DNA of 64,000 bases from Anaeramoeba ignava BMAN (GCA_028826165.1 JAPDFW010000120.1:105208-169207), one strand, 5' to 3'; positions 1 to 13,428 are shown, counted from the first letter of the stretch. A program made the numbers and translations. The notes: generated by a model from the sequence alone, not told the origin.

Positions 1-3000
1 TGGAATGTTATCCAAAAGTGTGTTAGTTTCAATTTGGAAATTTGTGAAGCATTTCAAAAGCAATTCTCTTTGTGAAAAAAAATCGCATTGAAACTCAATT
101 TTTTGGTTTTTTTCTTTAATAAAAATTTCGAGTAAAGAAAGATCGTGTTTGCGGATACGAATAGAGTGTGTGAGCTGTATATCTAATAAGGGGTTAGCAT
201 CCTGGTCAAATACTCTCGCAGCACCCTTTTCAACAATCAAGTTTACGAGGCTGTATGCATCATTAGAATTTTGTCGAAATGCAATTTGAAAAACGGCGCG
301 ATTCTTTTTGACGAGACGATAAACCAGGGCGTTGACTTCATTTTCTATTCCCAAGATGTCTCCGGAGATGATGTCTGTTGTAGTGAAACCGGAATAGTGC
401 TGGAACATGCGGAACGTTATGGCGATCAAGAATTGGTCATCGGTGGTTTTGACAGCTAGTTTTAAGTAATGCTTGGCTGTCAAGTGGATTTTTAGCAAGC
501 TCTGCGTAGGCAAGTTCTCGGTCTCAATATTCCTTTCATGTTTTGGTAGGTATCTCTGTCTAATTGGTTGCTGCATTTCGATAATAATCTCATAACTATT
601 TTGCTTCAACTTCAGAACAGATTCCAAATTCATTTCCGAATCCTTATCAATAACTGCCACGTTGAACAAAGCAATTCCGTTTGCAAAATATCCTTGAATT
701 GTTTGCATGATGTGTTTTGCGTCTCGACGATAAAGAAGCTGATGTTCTGTTATCTCGCTATCTTCTTTCTCTGTGATCTGCGAATTGTCTTCTTCGCCAC
801 TTGTCCATTCATAATCTTCCCGTTGAATCGTTCGTGCTCGCGGTGACAATAAAGGTTCGTGCAGTAGTTTTTCCCTGTTTGTTGCCAGTTCTTTTATTTT
901 TTGAATCAATGGAACTATCTTATCCAACTTATTATCCAAATTAATTTCATTTGGTTCAAATAGTAATTTTTCCTCAATCCCATATTTTTTGCATTGTGTC
1001 ATTAAGTACTTTATATTTAATGGGGCAACTGTTGGGAGTCTTTATAAAAAGATTGAAATTTTTAATATGAATTGATTTTTTATTTATTTTACGATTTATT
1101 TAAATTGATTTATTATTTTGAATTGATTTTTATTTTAAATTGATTTTTTATTTTAAATTGATTTATTATTTTAAATTGATTTATTATTTTTAAATTGATT
1201 TATTATTTTAAATTGATTTATTATTTTAAATTGATTTATTATTTTAAATTGGGTGGTGATTTTTATTTTATTTTAAATTGATTTATTATTTTAAATTGAT
1301 TGATTTATTATTTTTATTTTAAATTGATTTATTATTTTAAATTGATTTTTATTTTAAATTGATTTATTATTTTAAATTGATTTTTATTTTATTTTAAATT
1401 GATTTATTATTTTAAAATTGATTTTTTATTTATTATTTTAAATTATTTTAAATTGATTTATTATTTTCTTTTAAATTGATTTATTATTTTAAATTGATTT
1501 ATTATTTTAAATTGATTTATTATTTTTAAATTATTTTTAAATTATTTTTATTTTAAATTTATTTTTTATTTATTATTTTAAAATTTTAAATTTTTATTTT
1601 AAATTGATTTATTATTTTAAATTGATTTATTATTTTAAATTGATTTTTATTTTAAATTGATTTATTATTTTAAATTGATTTTATTTTAATTTATTATTTT
1701 AAATTGATTTATTATTTTAAATTGATTATTATTTTATTTTAAATTGATTTATTATTTGATTTTATTTTTAAATTGATTTATTATTTTAAATTGATTTATT
1801 ATTTTTTAAATTGATTTATTATTTTAAATTGATTTTTATTTTTTGATTTTTATTTTAAATTGATTTATTATTTTAAATTGATTTATTATTTTATTTATTA
1901 TTTTTATTTATTATTTTAAATTGATTTTATTTTAAATTGATTTTATTTTTAAATTTTAAATTGATTTATTATTTTAAATTGATTTATTATTTTAAATTGA
2001 TTTATTATTTTAAATTGATTTATTATTTTAAATTGATTTATTATTTTAAATTGATTTATTATTTTAAATTGATTTATTATTTTAAATTGATTTATTATTT
2101 TAAATTGATTTATTATTTTAAATTGATTTTAAATTATTTTAAATTGATTTTTATTTTTATTTTAAATTGATTTATTATTTTTAAATTGATTTTATTATTT
2201 TAAATGATTTTTATTTTTATTTTTAAATTGATTTATTATTTTAAATTGATTTATTATTTTAAATTGATTTTTATTTTAAAATTATTTTTGATTTATTATT
2301 TTAAATTGATTTATTATTTTAAATTATTTTAAATTGATTTATTATTTTAAATTGATTTATTTTTAAATTGATTTATTATTTTAAATTGATTTATTATTTT
2401 AAATTGATTTATTATTTTTTAAATTGATTTTTATTTTAAATTTTTAATTTTAAATTTTTATTTTAAATTGATTTATTATTTTAAATTGATTTATTATTTT
2501 TAAATTGATTTATTTTTAAATTGATTTATTATTTTAAAATTGATTTATTATTTTAAATTTTTAAATTGATTTTTAAATTTGATTATTTTTTATTATTTTA
2601 AATTTTGATTTATTATTTTAAATTGATTTATTATTTTAAATTTTTATTTTAATTGGTTTTTATTTTGATTTATTATTTTAAATTGGTTTATTATTTTTAA
2701 ATTGATTTTTATTATTTTTGAAAATTGATTTATTATTTTAAATTGATTTATTATTTTAAAATTGATTTATTTATTTTTAAATTGGTTTATTATTTTATTT
2801 ATTTTACGATTTTTATTTAAAATTGATTTTTTATTTTAAATTGATTTATTATTTTGAATTGATTTATTATTTTTTATTTATTATTTTTAAATTGATTTAT
2901 TATTTTAAATTGATTTATTATTTTGAATTGATTTATTATTTTAAATTGATTTATTATTTTAAATTGATTTTTTTTTATTATTTTAAATTGATTTATTATT

Positions 3001-3298
3001 TTAAAATTGATTTTTATTTTTAAATTGATTTATTATTTTAAATTAAATTTATTATTTTAAAAATTATTTTAAATTGATTTTAAATTGATTTATTTTAAAT
3101 TGATTTTGTGAATTTATTTTTATTTTACGATTTTTTTTTTGCTTCTTCTATAATTGGATTTAATTTTGTTAATAATAAATTTAAATTGTTTATTATTGAA
3201 CGAATTTGCATTTTTGGTTGAAATTCTTTTTTTATTATTCTTGAAACCCATGAAAATAAATCATTTATTAAATTTTCATTTTGATTAAAATCATTCAT
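1..3298 (-). CDS. Calponin-homology (CH) domain protein with two putative PH-like C-terminal domains; 3' end runs out of the window. Exon1 3298-3129, intron 3128-1040, exon2 1039-<1
   Basis: Manual translation. Exon1 is MNDFNQNENLINDLFSWVSRII...FIINKINP. A GT..AG phase-2 intron (TC|gt...ag|A) joins it to a 346-codon stop-free frame containing NIKYLMTQCKKYGIEEKLLFEPNEI, the second half of a CH domain. The ORF track misses it because there is no stop codon in the window. Confidence 0.75.
1100..3110. repeat. Intronic 18-bp tandem repeat (TTGATTTATTATTTTAAA)n
   Basis: Direct reading; it produces the spurious FKLIYY ORFs. Confidence 0.95.
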
Positions 3299-3384
3299 TT
3301 TGTTTTTAAAAAAAGAAAAATGAAAAAAGAAAAATGAAAAATGAATTTTAACGAAAAATTTTTTTGATTTGTTTTATTTAATTT

Positions 3385-4265
3385 TGATATAAAATTGATA
3401 TAAAATAGATTTAAAATTGATTTAAAATTGATATAAAATTGATTTAAAATTGATTTAAAATTGATATAAAATTGATATAAAATTGATATAAAATAGATTT
3501 AAAATTAATATAAAATTGATTTAAAATTGATTTAAAATTGATATAAAATTGAATTAAAATTGATTTAAAATTGATTTAAAATTGATATAAAATTGATTTA
3601 AAATTGATTTAAAATTGATTTAAAATTGATATAAAATTGATTTAAAATTGATTTAAAATTGATATAAAATTGATATAAAATTGATTTAAAATTGATATAA
3701 AATTGATATAAAATTGATTTAAAATTGATTTAAAATTGATTTAAAATTGATTTAAAATTGATATAAAATTGATATAAAATTGATATAAAATTGATATAAA
3801 ATTGATTTAAAATTGATATAAAATTGATATAAAATTGATATGATATAAAAATTGATTTAAAATTGATTTAAAATTGATTTAAAATTAATTTAAAATTGAT
3901 TTAAAATTGATTTAAAATTGATTTAAATTTGATATAAAATTGATTTAAAATTGATTTAAAATTGATATAAAATTGATATAAAATTGATTTAAAATTGATT
4001 TAAAATTGATTTAAAATTGAATTAAAATTGATATAAAATTGATTTAAAATTGATTTAAAATTGAATTAAAATTGATATAAAATTGATATAAAATTAATTT
4101 AAAATTGATTTAAAATTGATTTAAAATTGATTTAAAATTGATTTAAAATTGATTTAAAATTGAATTAAAATTGATATAAAATTGATTTAAAATTGATTTA
4201 AAATTGATATAAAATTGATTTAAAATTGATTTAAAATTGATTTAAAATTGATTTAAAATTGATTT
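3385..4265. repeat. Intergenic 11-bp satellite (AAAATTGATTT/AAAATTGATAT)n
   Basis: Direct reading; two interchangeable variants. Confidence 0.95.
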
Positions 4266-4280
4266 AATTTTGAATTAGAT

Positions 4281-6209
4281 TTAAAGGAAATAAGTTGTTA
4301 AAGGAGAGTTTTCATTTAATTGGAAAAAATCAACTGCATTTCGAAGTTCTTTAAGATAAGGTTCAAGTTCTTCACAAACATCAATTTGATCACGATAAAT
4401 AAACTCAATCAACAAAGCAATTGCATTAACACTCATTCCAGTTTGATCAGTAACAGCATTAGAAGTATCATCTTTAGCACATAAAAACATTCCTCTAAAT
4501 AAACCACTTCTCACAAATAAAACAAATTTATGAACTTGAATCATTTGTCCAAATTGTGTTTTAAATACAAAATCTTTTGTTGTTTCATCTTTATATAAAT
4601 TTTCCAAAAGTTTAATCAACCCATTTTTTCCTTCATTTTCAACCATGAATTTACTATCAAATCCAAATGATTCAACTAAAGTTTGCACAAATATTTGATC
4701 TACTGCTTCATCCAAAATATCTGAATATTTTGCTCCATAAACCCATTTAATAAATGGATAAATATCATCTTTTTTTCTAAGTTCACTTTTTTTCTTTAAA
4801 TTATGATAGTTTTGTTCTCCAATTCTTTTGATCACAAATTCTTTGTGAATTCCAATTGTTGAATCTGTGAATTTAATTTCATCATTTGCTAAATTATCTT
4901 CTGTTTTCAGAATTTCCAAAAAATCCTCAACTAATGAATTTTTACTTTTTAATATTCTTTCAACTAATGGTTTAATTTCTTTATTGCATCGATCTAAAAG
5001 TGTTTTATTCTAATTTTATCAATTAATTTTTATTATTACTTTTTGGAAAATTAAATCTATTTTGATACTTCCTAAAAATATAAATATTTTTAAATATTTT
5101 TGGATATTTTTGGATATTTTTGGATAATATTACTTCATCAGTTGTATCAGCTTCTGCTCCTTTTCTAAGAAGTAATTTTGTTGCTTCAACTTGTGAACAA
5201 GCAACTGCTTTCATTAATGGAGTCCATCCCTTTTTCCAAAAAAAAACAATAACAAAAAAATCAATTATCAAAGAAAAAAGGAATAATTTTTTTTAAATAA
5301 ATTTACATACTTTTTTTTGTTTGATTAAAAAATTTAAAATAAATAAAGATTTAAAAAAGAAAAAAGAAAAAATTAAAATTAAAATTACATTTCCTCTTGG
5401 ATCAATTTTTGCTCCACTTTTAATTAATGTCTCAATAATTTCAACATGTCCTTTTCCTGCAGCATAATGTAAAGCAACATTTCCCTAAATTCAAAATTAA
5501 ATCAAAAAAAAAAATTCCCAAAAAAAAAAATTTTTTTTTTTACAGTCTTTATTTTATTTAATTAAAAAGTGGATTAAAAATTTTTTTTTAAAGAAATAAA
5601 ATGATAAATTTTTTACTTTATCAGTTGCTTCTAAATTTGCTTTATGTTTTATCAAGACTTTAACTTGTTGAAGTAAATTAGATTCACTTGCTACTTGTAA
5701 AGCAGTTTTTCCATACTAATTCAAAATTTTAATTAAAAATTAATTAAAAATTCATTTAGAAAAATTTTAATTCAAATAAACTTACAAAATCAATACTATC
5801 AACATTGCCTCCAAATTCAAGAATTTTATCAAGAATTTCTGGAACTTTTCTTTCTACTGCTGAACAAACGATATTTGAATACTAAAAAAAAACAAAAAAG
5901 TGAAAAAAATTTTTGAATATTTTTTTTTTGCTTTTTTTACTTGAAGTTTAAAATTAGGATCAGCTCCATTTTCAAGTAAAAAAGTAATAATATCAAGATT
6001 TCCTGCTGTAATAGCATCTTCTAAAGGATGTGTATCTTGCTTTATTATTTCAAAATTATTTTAAATTAATTTAATTTTTAATTTATTTAAATTTAGTTTT
6101 AATTTACATGAACAAAATTAACTGATGCTTTGTTTTTAACAAGTTCTTTAACTTTAGAAAGATTCCCACTTTCAATTGCTTTAACTAATTCTTGTTCTTT
6201 ATTTCCCAT
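4281..6209 (-). CDS. Ankyrin-repeat + BTB/POZ protein. Exons 6209-6108, 6039-5941, 5881-5786, 5715-5617, [5546-5544], 5484-5389, [5309-5307], 5229-5134, [5071-5069], 5009-4281
   Basis: Ankyrin motifs GKTALQVA, GNVALHYAAGKGH and GWTPLMKAV. BTB motif DFVF...VHKFVLFVRSGLFRGMF. All introns are phase 0 and GT-AG. Confidence 0.9.
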
Positions 6210-6588
6210 TTTTTAATTTTTTTTTTTAAATTTAATTCAAAAAATAAAAAAATGATCTTTTGGAATTTGAAAAAAAAAAATATTTTATAAAATTGAAAAA
6301 AAAAATATCAAAAATAATTTTCTAAAATAATTCCCTTTTTTAAATAAGAATTAAATTTGATTATTTTGATTAATTCATCAATTTGATTTACATCTTAATT
6401 TTCTGAAATAACTTTTTTTTTATTGCTTTAAGATCTTCTTTTAAACAAACAATAATTATTAAAGAATTTATTTTTAATTTTTAAAAAAAGAAAAAATAAA
6501 TAAATTTTTCTCCTTTTTTTAATTTTTTTTTTCATTTTTTTTTTTCATTTTTTTTCTTTTGTTTTTTTTTCTTTTCATTTAATTTACA

Positions 6589-8154
6589 ATGTTCCAAAGA
6601 AGAATTATGATTGAAACACAAAGATTACTTTCAGATCCTCGTAATTAATTAAATAATTTATTATAAAAGAAAAAAAAATATTTTTTTTGATTTTAAAAAA
6701 ATTTATTTAAGAAATTAATAAATTAACTTTTTTTTTTTATTTCATTTTTAAATTAATTTTTTTAGTTGCTGGAATTACTGCAAAACCTGATGAACAAAAT
6801 ATGAGATATTTTCATGCAACAATTGAAGGTCCAACAAATACAGCTTATGAAGGTTTGTTTATTAAATTTAAAAAGGAAAAAAAAAGAAATTAAATTTTAT
6901 TTAGATTTGAAATTAAAAATGAAATTAAAATGAAATTAAAAATGAAATTAAAAATGAATTTATATTTAAAATTAAAATGAAATTATATTTAAATTTAAAA
7001 TGAAATTAAAATGAAATTAAAATTAAATTTAAAATGAAATCAAAATCAAAATTAAAATGAAATTAAAAATGAAATTAAAAATGAAATTATATTTAAAATT
7101 AAAAATGAAATTAAAAATGAAATTAAAAATGAAATTAAAAATGAAATTATATTTAAATTTAAAATGAAATTTAAAATGAAATTAAAAATGAAAATTAAAA
7201 ATGAAATTAAAAATGAAAATTAAAAATGAAATTAAAATGAAATTAAAAATGAAATTAAAAATGAAATTAAAATTAAATTAAAATTAAAATGAAATTTAAA
7301 ATGAAATTAAAATGAAATTAAAAATGAAATTTAAAATGAAATTAAAAATGAAATTTAAAATGAAATTTAAAATGAAATTTAAAATAAAATTTAAATTTAA
7401 AATTAAAATTAAATTAAAATTAAAATTAAAATGAAATTAAAATGAAATTTAAAATGAAATTTAAAATGAAATTTAAAATGAAAAATTTAAATTTAAAATG
7501 AAATTTAAAATGAAATTAAAATGAAATTAAAAATGAAATTATATTTAAATTTAAAATGAAATTGAAATGAAATTTAAAATGAAATTATATTTAAATTTAA
7601 AATGAAATTTAAAATGAAATTTAAAATGAAATTTAAAATGAAATTAAATTAAATTTAAAATGAAAATAAAAATGAAATTATATTTAAATTTAAAATGAAA
7701 TTTAAAATTATATTTAAAATGAAATTAAAATGAAATTAAAATGAAATTTAAAATGAAATTTAAAATGAAATCAAAATCAAAATCAAAATTATATTTAAAA
7801 TGAAATTAAAAATTATATTTGAATTAAAAATTATATTTAAAAGGAGGAGTTTTCCATCTTGAAATCTTTTTACCAGAAGAATATCCAAATAAACCACCTA
7901 AAGCAAGATTTCTCACAAAAATATATCATCCAAACATTGATAAAGTTGGAAGAATCTGTCTTGATATTTTAAAAAAAAAATGGACAGCAGCTTTACAAAT
8001 TAGCAAAGTTCTTTTAAGTATACAAGCATTATTAGCAGCACCAAATCCTGATGACCCTCTTGATAATACTGTAGCTGAACAATGGAAACAAGATGAAAAA
8101 GCTGCACTTGAAACTGCACGCGAATGGACTCGAAAGTATGCCATTAATAATTAA
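6589..8154 (+). CDS. UBC13: Ubiquitin-conjugating enzyme E2 Ubc13/UBE2N-like (3 exons: 6589-6640, 6766-~6852, ~7844-8154)
   Basis: [14 protein letters not shown]...NMRYFH..IEGP...[64 protein letters not shown]...AREWTRKYA; catalytic Cys present. Confidence 0.92.
6910..7830. repeat. Intronic 11-12-bp repeat (AAAATGAAATT)n in UBC13 intron 2
   Basis: Direct reading. Confidence 0.9.
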
Positions 8155-8384
8155 TTTCTTAACCTTCATTCTTTTTTTTTTTCTTTCATTTTTCCGTTTT
8201 TTTTTTTCATTTTTTTTCTTTCTTTCATTTTTCCGTTTTTTTTTTTTAAGAATTTTGACAAATGATTTTTCAATTAATTCCAAAATTTTAAGAAATAAAT
8301 TTCCCAATAATTTCAAAATTTAATTTTTAATTTTTAATTTTTTTCATTTTTTTCATTTTTTTCATTTTATTTTTTTTAAAAAAA

Positions 8385-10172
8385 ATGTCTTTTAATTTAA
8401 AAGTTCATATTGGTGGTTCTGAGACAATAACTTTACTTGTTGATTCGAAATGGAATCTTTCTCAACTTAAAGAATTAATTTATAAATATACAAGAATTCC
8501 TATTAATTTACAAAAAATAATTTTTGAAGGTCGACCAATTTTAGAAGATAAAACACTTGAATCTTATGGTAAAAAAAAAGTTACAAATTTCATTTTATAA
8601 ATGAATTATAATTTTAATTTTAAAATGAATTTTAATTTAAATTTTAAAAGGAATTGATGAAACAAAAATTGTTCATGTTGTTCAAATGATTCAAAAATCT
8701 TCACAAGGAATAAAAATAAATGAATCTCAATTAAATTTTCTTACAAATGCTGCTAAAACTTTTTCTAATCCACAAGTTATTGATAAAATGACTGAATCTT
8801 TTCCTTTTTTGAAAAACATTTTTGAAACAAATCCTGATATAAAAGAAATGCTAACAGATCCTGAAAAATTAAAAAAACAATTAAAAAAAGAATCATTAGA
8901 AGATATGTTAGAATTACAAGATATATTAGGAATTACAAAGTATAAGAAATCTTAATTTTAATTTTAATTTTAAATTAATTTTATTATTTTAATTTTAATT
9001 TTAATCTTAATTTTAATTTTAATTTTAATTTTAATTTTAATTTTAATTTTAATTTTAATTTTAATTTTAATTTTAATTTTAATTTTGATTTTAATTTTAA
9101 TTTTATAAATTAAATTTTATTATTATTTTAATTATAATTTTAATTTTAATTTTATAAATTAAATTTTATTATTATTTTAATTTTAATTTTAATTTTAATT
9201 TTAATTTTAATTTTAATTTTGATTTTAATTTTGATTTTAATTTTAATTTTAATTGGATTTAGTCCTTTAGATGCTTTATCTATGACTTTTGGAATGGGAA
9301 AAATGCCAGAACCTCAACAATCAAGAAATCAACAAAAAGATTCACCAATGAATTTTATGGAGAGATTTATGCTAAATCCAGAACAAATGAATCAATTTAT
9401 GAATACAACTCAATCAAATCAAAATCAAAATCAAAATCAAAATCAAAACCAAAAATCAAAATAGAATCAATTTATGAATCAATTTATGAACCAATTTATG
9501 AATCAAATCAATTTCAAAATCAATTTAAAAATCAAAATCAAAATCAAAATCAAAATCAAAATCAAAATCCAATGAATCAATTTATGAATCAAAATCAAAA
9601 TAGAAATCAAAATCAAAATAGAAATCAAAATCAAAATAGAAATCAAAATCAAAATCCAATGAATCAATTTATGAATCAAAATAAAAACCAAAATCCAAAA
9701 TCAAAATCAAAATCAAAATCAAAATCAAAATCAAAATCAAAATAAAAACCAAAACCAAAATCAAAAATCAAAATCAAAAATCAAATAAATCAAATTCAAT
9801 TAAATCAATCCTTAAATCAACAAAAATTAAATCAATCAAAAATTAAAAATTAAATTTAAATCAAATTAAATCAAATCAATTAAATCAATCAAATCAACAA
9901 AAATTAAATCAATCAAATCAATTAAATCAAGGTTAAAATTTTAAGTTTAAATTTTAATTTAATTTGAATTTTTATATTAATTTTAATTTGTATTTGAATT
10001 TAAATTTTAGATTTTCAAAAATATCGATTTGGAAAATATATATCAAGAACAATTACAACAATTAGAAGAAATGGGATTTACAAATCAATCTAAAAATTTA
10101 CAAGCATTAAAAAAATCAGAAGGAAATTTAGAATTAGCAATTGAATTTTTAGATGATGATCAAGAAAATTAA
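8385..10172 (+). CDS. Ubiquilin/Dsk2-like UBL - STI1-like - Q/N-rich - UBA protein (spliced; frameshifts in the Q/N tract)
   Basis: N-terminal ubiquitin-like domain (LKELI...IPINLQKIIFEGRPILEDKTLESYGI), NP/DP-M STI1-like motifs, and a C-terminal UBA (YQEQLQQLEEMGFTNQSKNLQALKKSEGNLELAIEFL). Confidence 0.85.
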
Positions 10173-10204
10173 TGATCAAAAAAAAAATTATCTTTTTAAA
10201 TATT

Positions 10205-10460
10205 AAAATTTCAATTTAAATTCGATTTGGAAAATAAATTTAAATTCCACTTTTGAATTAAATTTTAATTCGATTTGGAAAATAAATTTTGATTCCACTT
10301 TTAAAATAAATTTTAATTCGATTTGGAAATTAAATTTAAATTCGATTTGGAAAATAAATTTAAATTCGATTTGGAAAATAAATTTAAATTCCACTTTTGA
10401 ATTAAATTTTAATTCGATTTGGAAAATAAATTTAAATTCGATTTGGAAAATAAATTTTGA
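10205..10460. repeat. ~24-bp minisatellite (AAATTCGATTTGGAAAATAAATTT) interspersed with CCACTTTT units
   Basis: Direct reading. Confidence 0.85.
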
Positions 10461-10558
10461 TGATTTCAATTCTAAATAAAAAAAAATTTTTTTTCTTTTT
10501 TTTTCTTTTTTGTTTTTTCATTTTTTTCATTTAAAAAAAAAGAATTAAAGAAAAGAAA

Positions 10559-13428
10559 ATGTTTAAATTACAAAAAACAAAACAGAATTCAATAATTTTA
10601 TTAAGGTTTGTGTTTTTTAAAATAAATAAAAAATTGATTTTAAATAATTTTTTTAATTGGAAAAAAAAAGAAAATGGAAACAAGTTTTCATAAAAAAAAT
10701 AAATGTTTTTCTTTTAATGGATCTTTTTAACTTAATTTTCTTTATCATAATAAGAAAAGCAAAAACAAACATACTTTATCAATATATAATTTCTTTAATA
10801 GCAAGAATTTTAACACCAATTATATTTATTTTATGGAATTCAAAAAACCGAAAAAAAGGATTCAAACTTCCAAAAAATATTTTATTAAGCAAACAAATGA
10901 TAACATTTTCTAAACAGAAATTTGTTTTCATTGTTTATTCGTTCTTTTTATCATCTTCAATTTTTACTTTAGCTTTAGTATCTATTTGTACTCAAGTAAT
11001 TTTCACTTCAGCTTCATGGTCTCAAATATTCTACATTTCAAATGCAAATTTTACTGAAATTCACTTCACTCGTGTTTATTCATATTATTTTATTGTTCTT
11101 TTTATGAGTTTAATTTATTATGCAGAAGAATATGTTCTAATTAAAAATATTTATCAACCTCTTGAAAAACTAGAACTATTTGATTCAATTTTAAAAGTTG
11201 GAAATTTGCAAAAAGGAATTCAAGCTCCTTTAGCAACTTTATTAACTTCTTTTATCAGTTCAATTTATCAAATTCCCTTTATTTACTCTCAAATGGGAGG
11301 AATTTATCAAAATAGAATAAGTTATTTTTTAAGTTGGTTTGGAATGGAATTTTTTAGTCAAATTTTGGCTACAAAAATTTATTCAAGTACTTTGAATTTC
11401 ACAATAACAGCCTTATCAAGAAGTTTAATTTCAATTTTCTTTAAAATTCCTGAATCAGTTTTGAAACAAAATAATATTTTTGTTGATTATTTTTGGATTG
11501 CTTTGACAAGTTATTTTCTTTACAAAAGACAATATTTTACTGATAAAATAGAAGATCAGGCAGAAATTAAACAAAACGAGGAAAATGAAAATCAAAATGA
11601 AAATCAAAATAAAAATCAAAATCAAAATGAAAATCAAAATGAAAATGAAAATCAAATCCAAAATCGAATTCAAAATGAAAATGATCAAACAATTATACTA
11701 AATGATACAAAAATTGAAAATCAAATTGAAAACAATAATGAAAGTAATGATGATAATGGTAATCCACTTAGAAATAGAAATGATGATAATATAAACAATG
11801 ATTTGGAATCTATTCAAAATCAAAATCAAAATCAAAATGAAAATCAAAATGAAAATCAAAATCAAAATGAAAATCAAAATCAAAATGAAAATGAAAATCA
11901 AAATGAAAACGAAAATGAAAAAAAACCTATAAATCTTAAATTTTACATTTCTAATAAGCTATTAGATGAAACAAAATTGGTGATATTTTTAAATGTTGTT
12001 ATCGTGTTCTACTGTATATTAATTTTTGGATCAATGTATGTTATTGAAAAATATCCAAATCGAAATGGGAATCTAAGTGAATGTTGTGGAAATGATCTTA
12101 GTAGCTTTGAAAATGGAATTTTAACTATAAATAATTGTGCAGGAATTCCAATGATTAAAGTTTATGAATATTATCCAATTTTTACACAAAAAACAATTAT
12201 TTATTCAAATCCTGTTAATTTGAGTAATATTTCAATTGAAAATTACATAAGTGCTGAATGTTGGATTCCATGGGTTGGATATCAAAAGAGAATTTATTCA
12301 TATTTTAATGAAACTTTATTTGAAAGAGGAATTAAAAGAAAAGAGAAAGGATGTATTATTAATAAAAATCAAAATCAAAATCAAAATCAAAATCAAAATG
12401 AAAATGAATATCCAAATTGCATTCCTCATCAAAATATCAAAGAACAAAAAATTCAAGAACATGAAATCAAACCAAACGTTCTATTTGTTCTTCTTGATGG
12501 AGCAAGCACATTTTCATATGAGAAAGAAATGACAAAAACAATATCAGCAATTCGAGAATTACAGGAAAATAAACAAAAAATCAAATCCTTCTTTCTTCCA
12601 GGATATAGAATAGTTGGATATCATTCATACACAAATCAATACCCAATGTTCACAGGGTTTTCTTCAAAAAGTTACGCTGTACCAGATTCCAATTTATTTC
12701 TTTGGAACACTTATTCGAAAAAGGGATATTTCACAGCATTCATTGATCAACTTTGTTTGAATGAATATTTAGCAGCATGGCATATTCAAAACGACATTAC
12801 TCTTGACGAAATCCCGTTTGATTATAGATTTTATCGACCTTTTTGCGACCCAATTTGGAGACCTTTTCAAGACAATCATCCTCATTGTCTTTATGGAATT
12901 TATGGGCATCAATATATTCTAAATATTACTCATGATTTACTTACTAATCCAAAATATATTGAAATTCCTAAATTTATTTTTTCCACTTTTTACGAGTCAC
13001 ATGAAAAAACCCAAAAAGTACTCAGAAGTGTGGATCAAGATTTGGCAAGTTTTTTAAAGGATATCTATTCAAGAAGTGTTGGTGATTATACTATTACTGT
13101 TATATTTTCTGATCATGGAATTCATTATGGAGATTTTCAAATGCAACAAAATAGATTTCCTGTTTTTGATATTATTTTTCCTAACAAAATTCTCAAAAAG
13201 TTCCCAGATTTGGAATCAATTTTAAAAAGGAATCAAAATAATATTTTTGGAGCTTATGATATTTATTCTAGTTTTAATCATTTGGTTAATAATTTTGAAA
13301 CTTATAATAAAAAAATTACTCATCAAAGTTTATTTGATCCAGAAATGATTCCAAATCGAAGTTGTGATGAAGTTCGTGCTTTTGATGTTTATGATAATGA
13401 TTATTTTTGTGAGAATTGGTTTAGATGA
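10559..13428 (+). CDS. Multi-pass membrane protein with C-terminal DUF229/alkaline-phosphatase (sulfatase-like) domain, paralogue 1 (exon1 10559-10605, intron 10606-10670)
   Basis: Motifs NVLFVLLDGAS, VGYHSYTN, YESHE, IFSDHG and R-S-C. Hydrophobic N-terminal third. A phase-2 intron joins MFKLQK..LLR to KWKQ. Confidence 0.75.

Noticed and set aside
271-846. Plus-strand ORFs 271-459 and 568-846
   Set aside because: They are antisense to the long minus-strand exon.
1937-3023. ORFs of FKLIYY repeats, and similar ILILIL, FNFNF, YKYK and MKMK ORFs across the window
   Set aside because: They are translations of tandem repeats or off-frame reads of real genes.
3385-4265. CRISPR- or telomere-like array
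   Set aside because: No unique spacers or cas genes, no G-rich strand, and it lies between genes.
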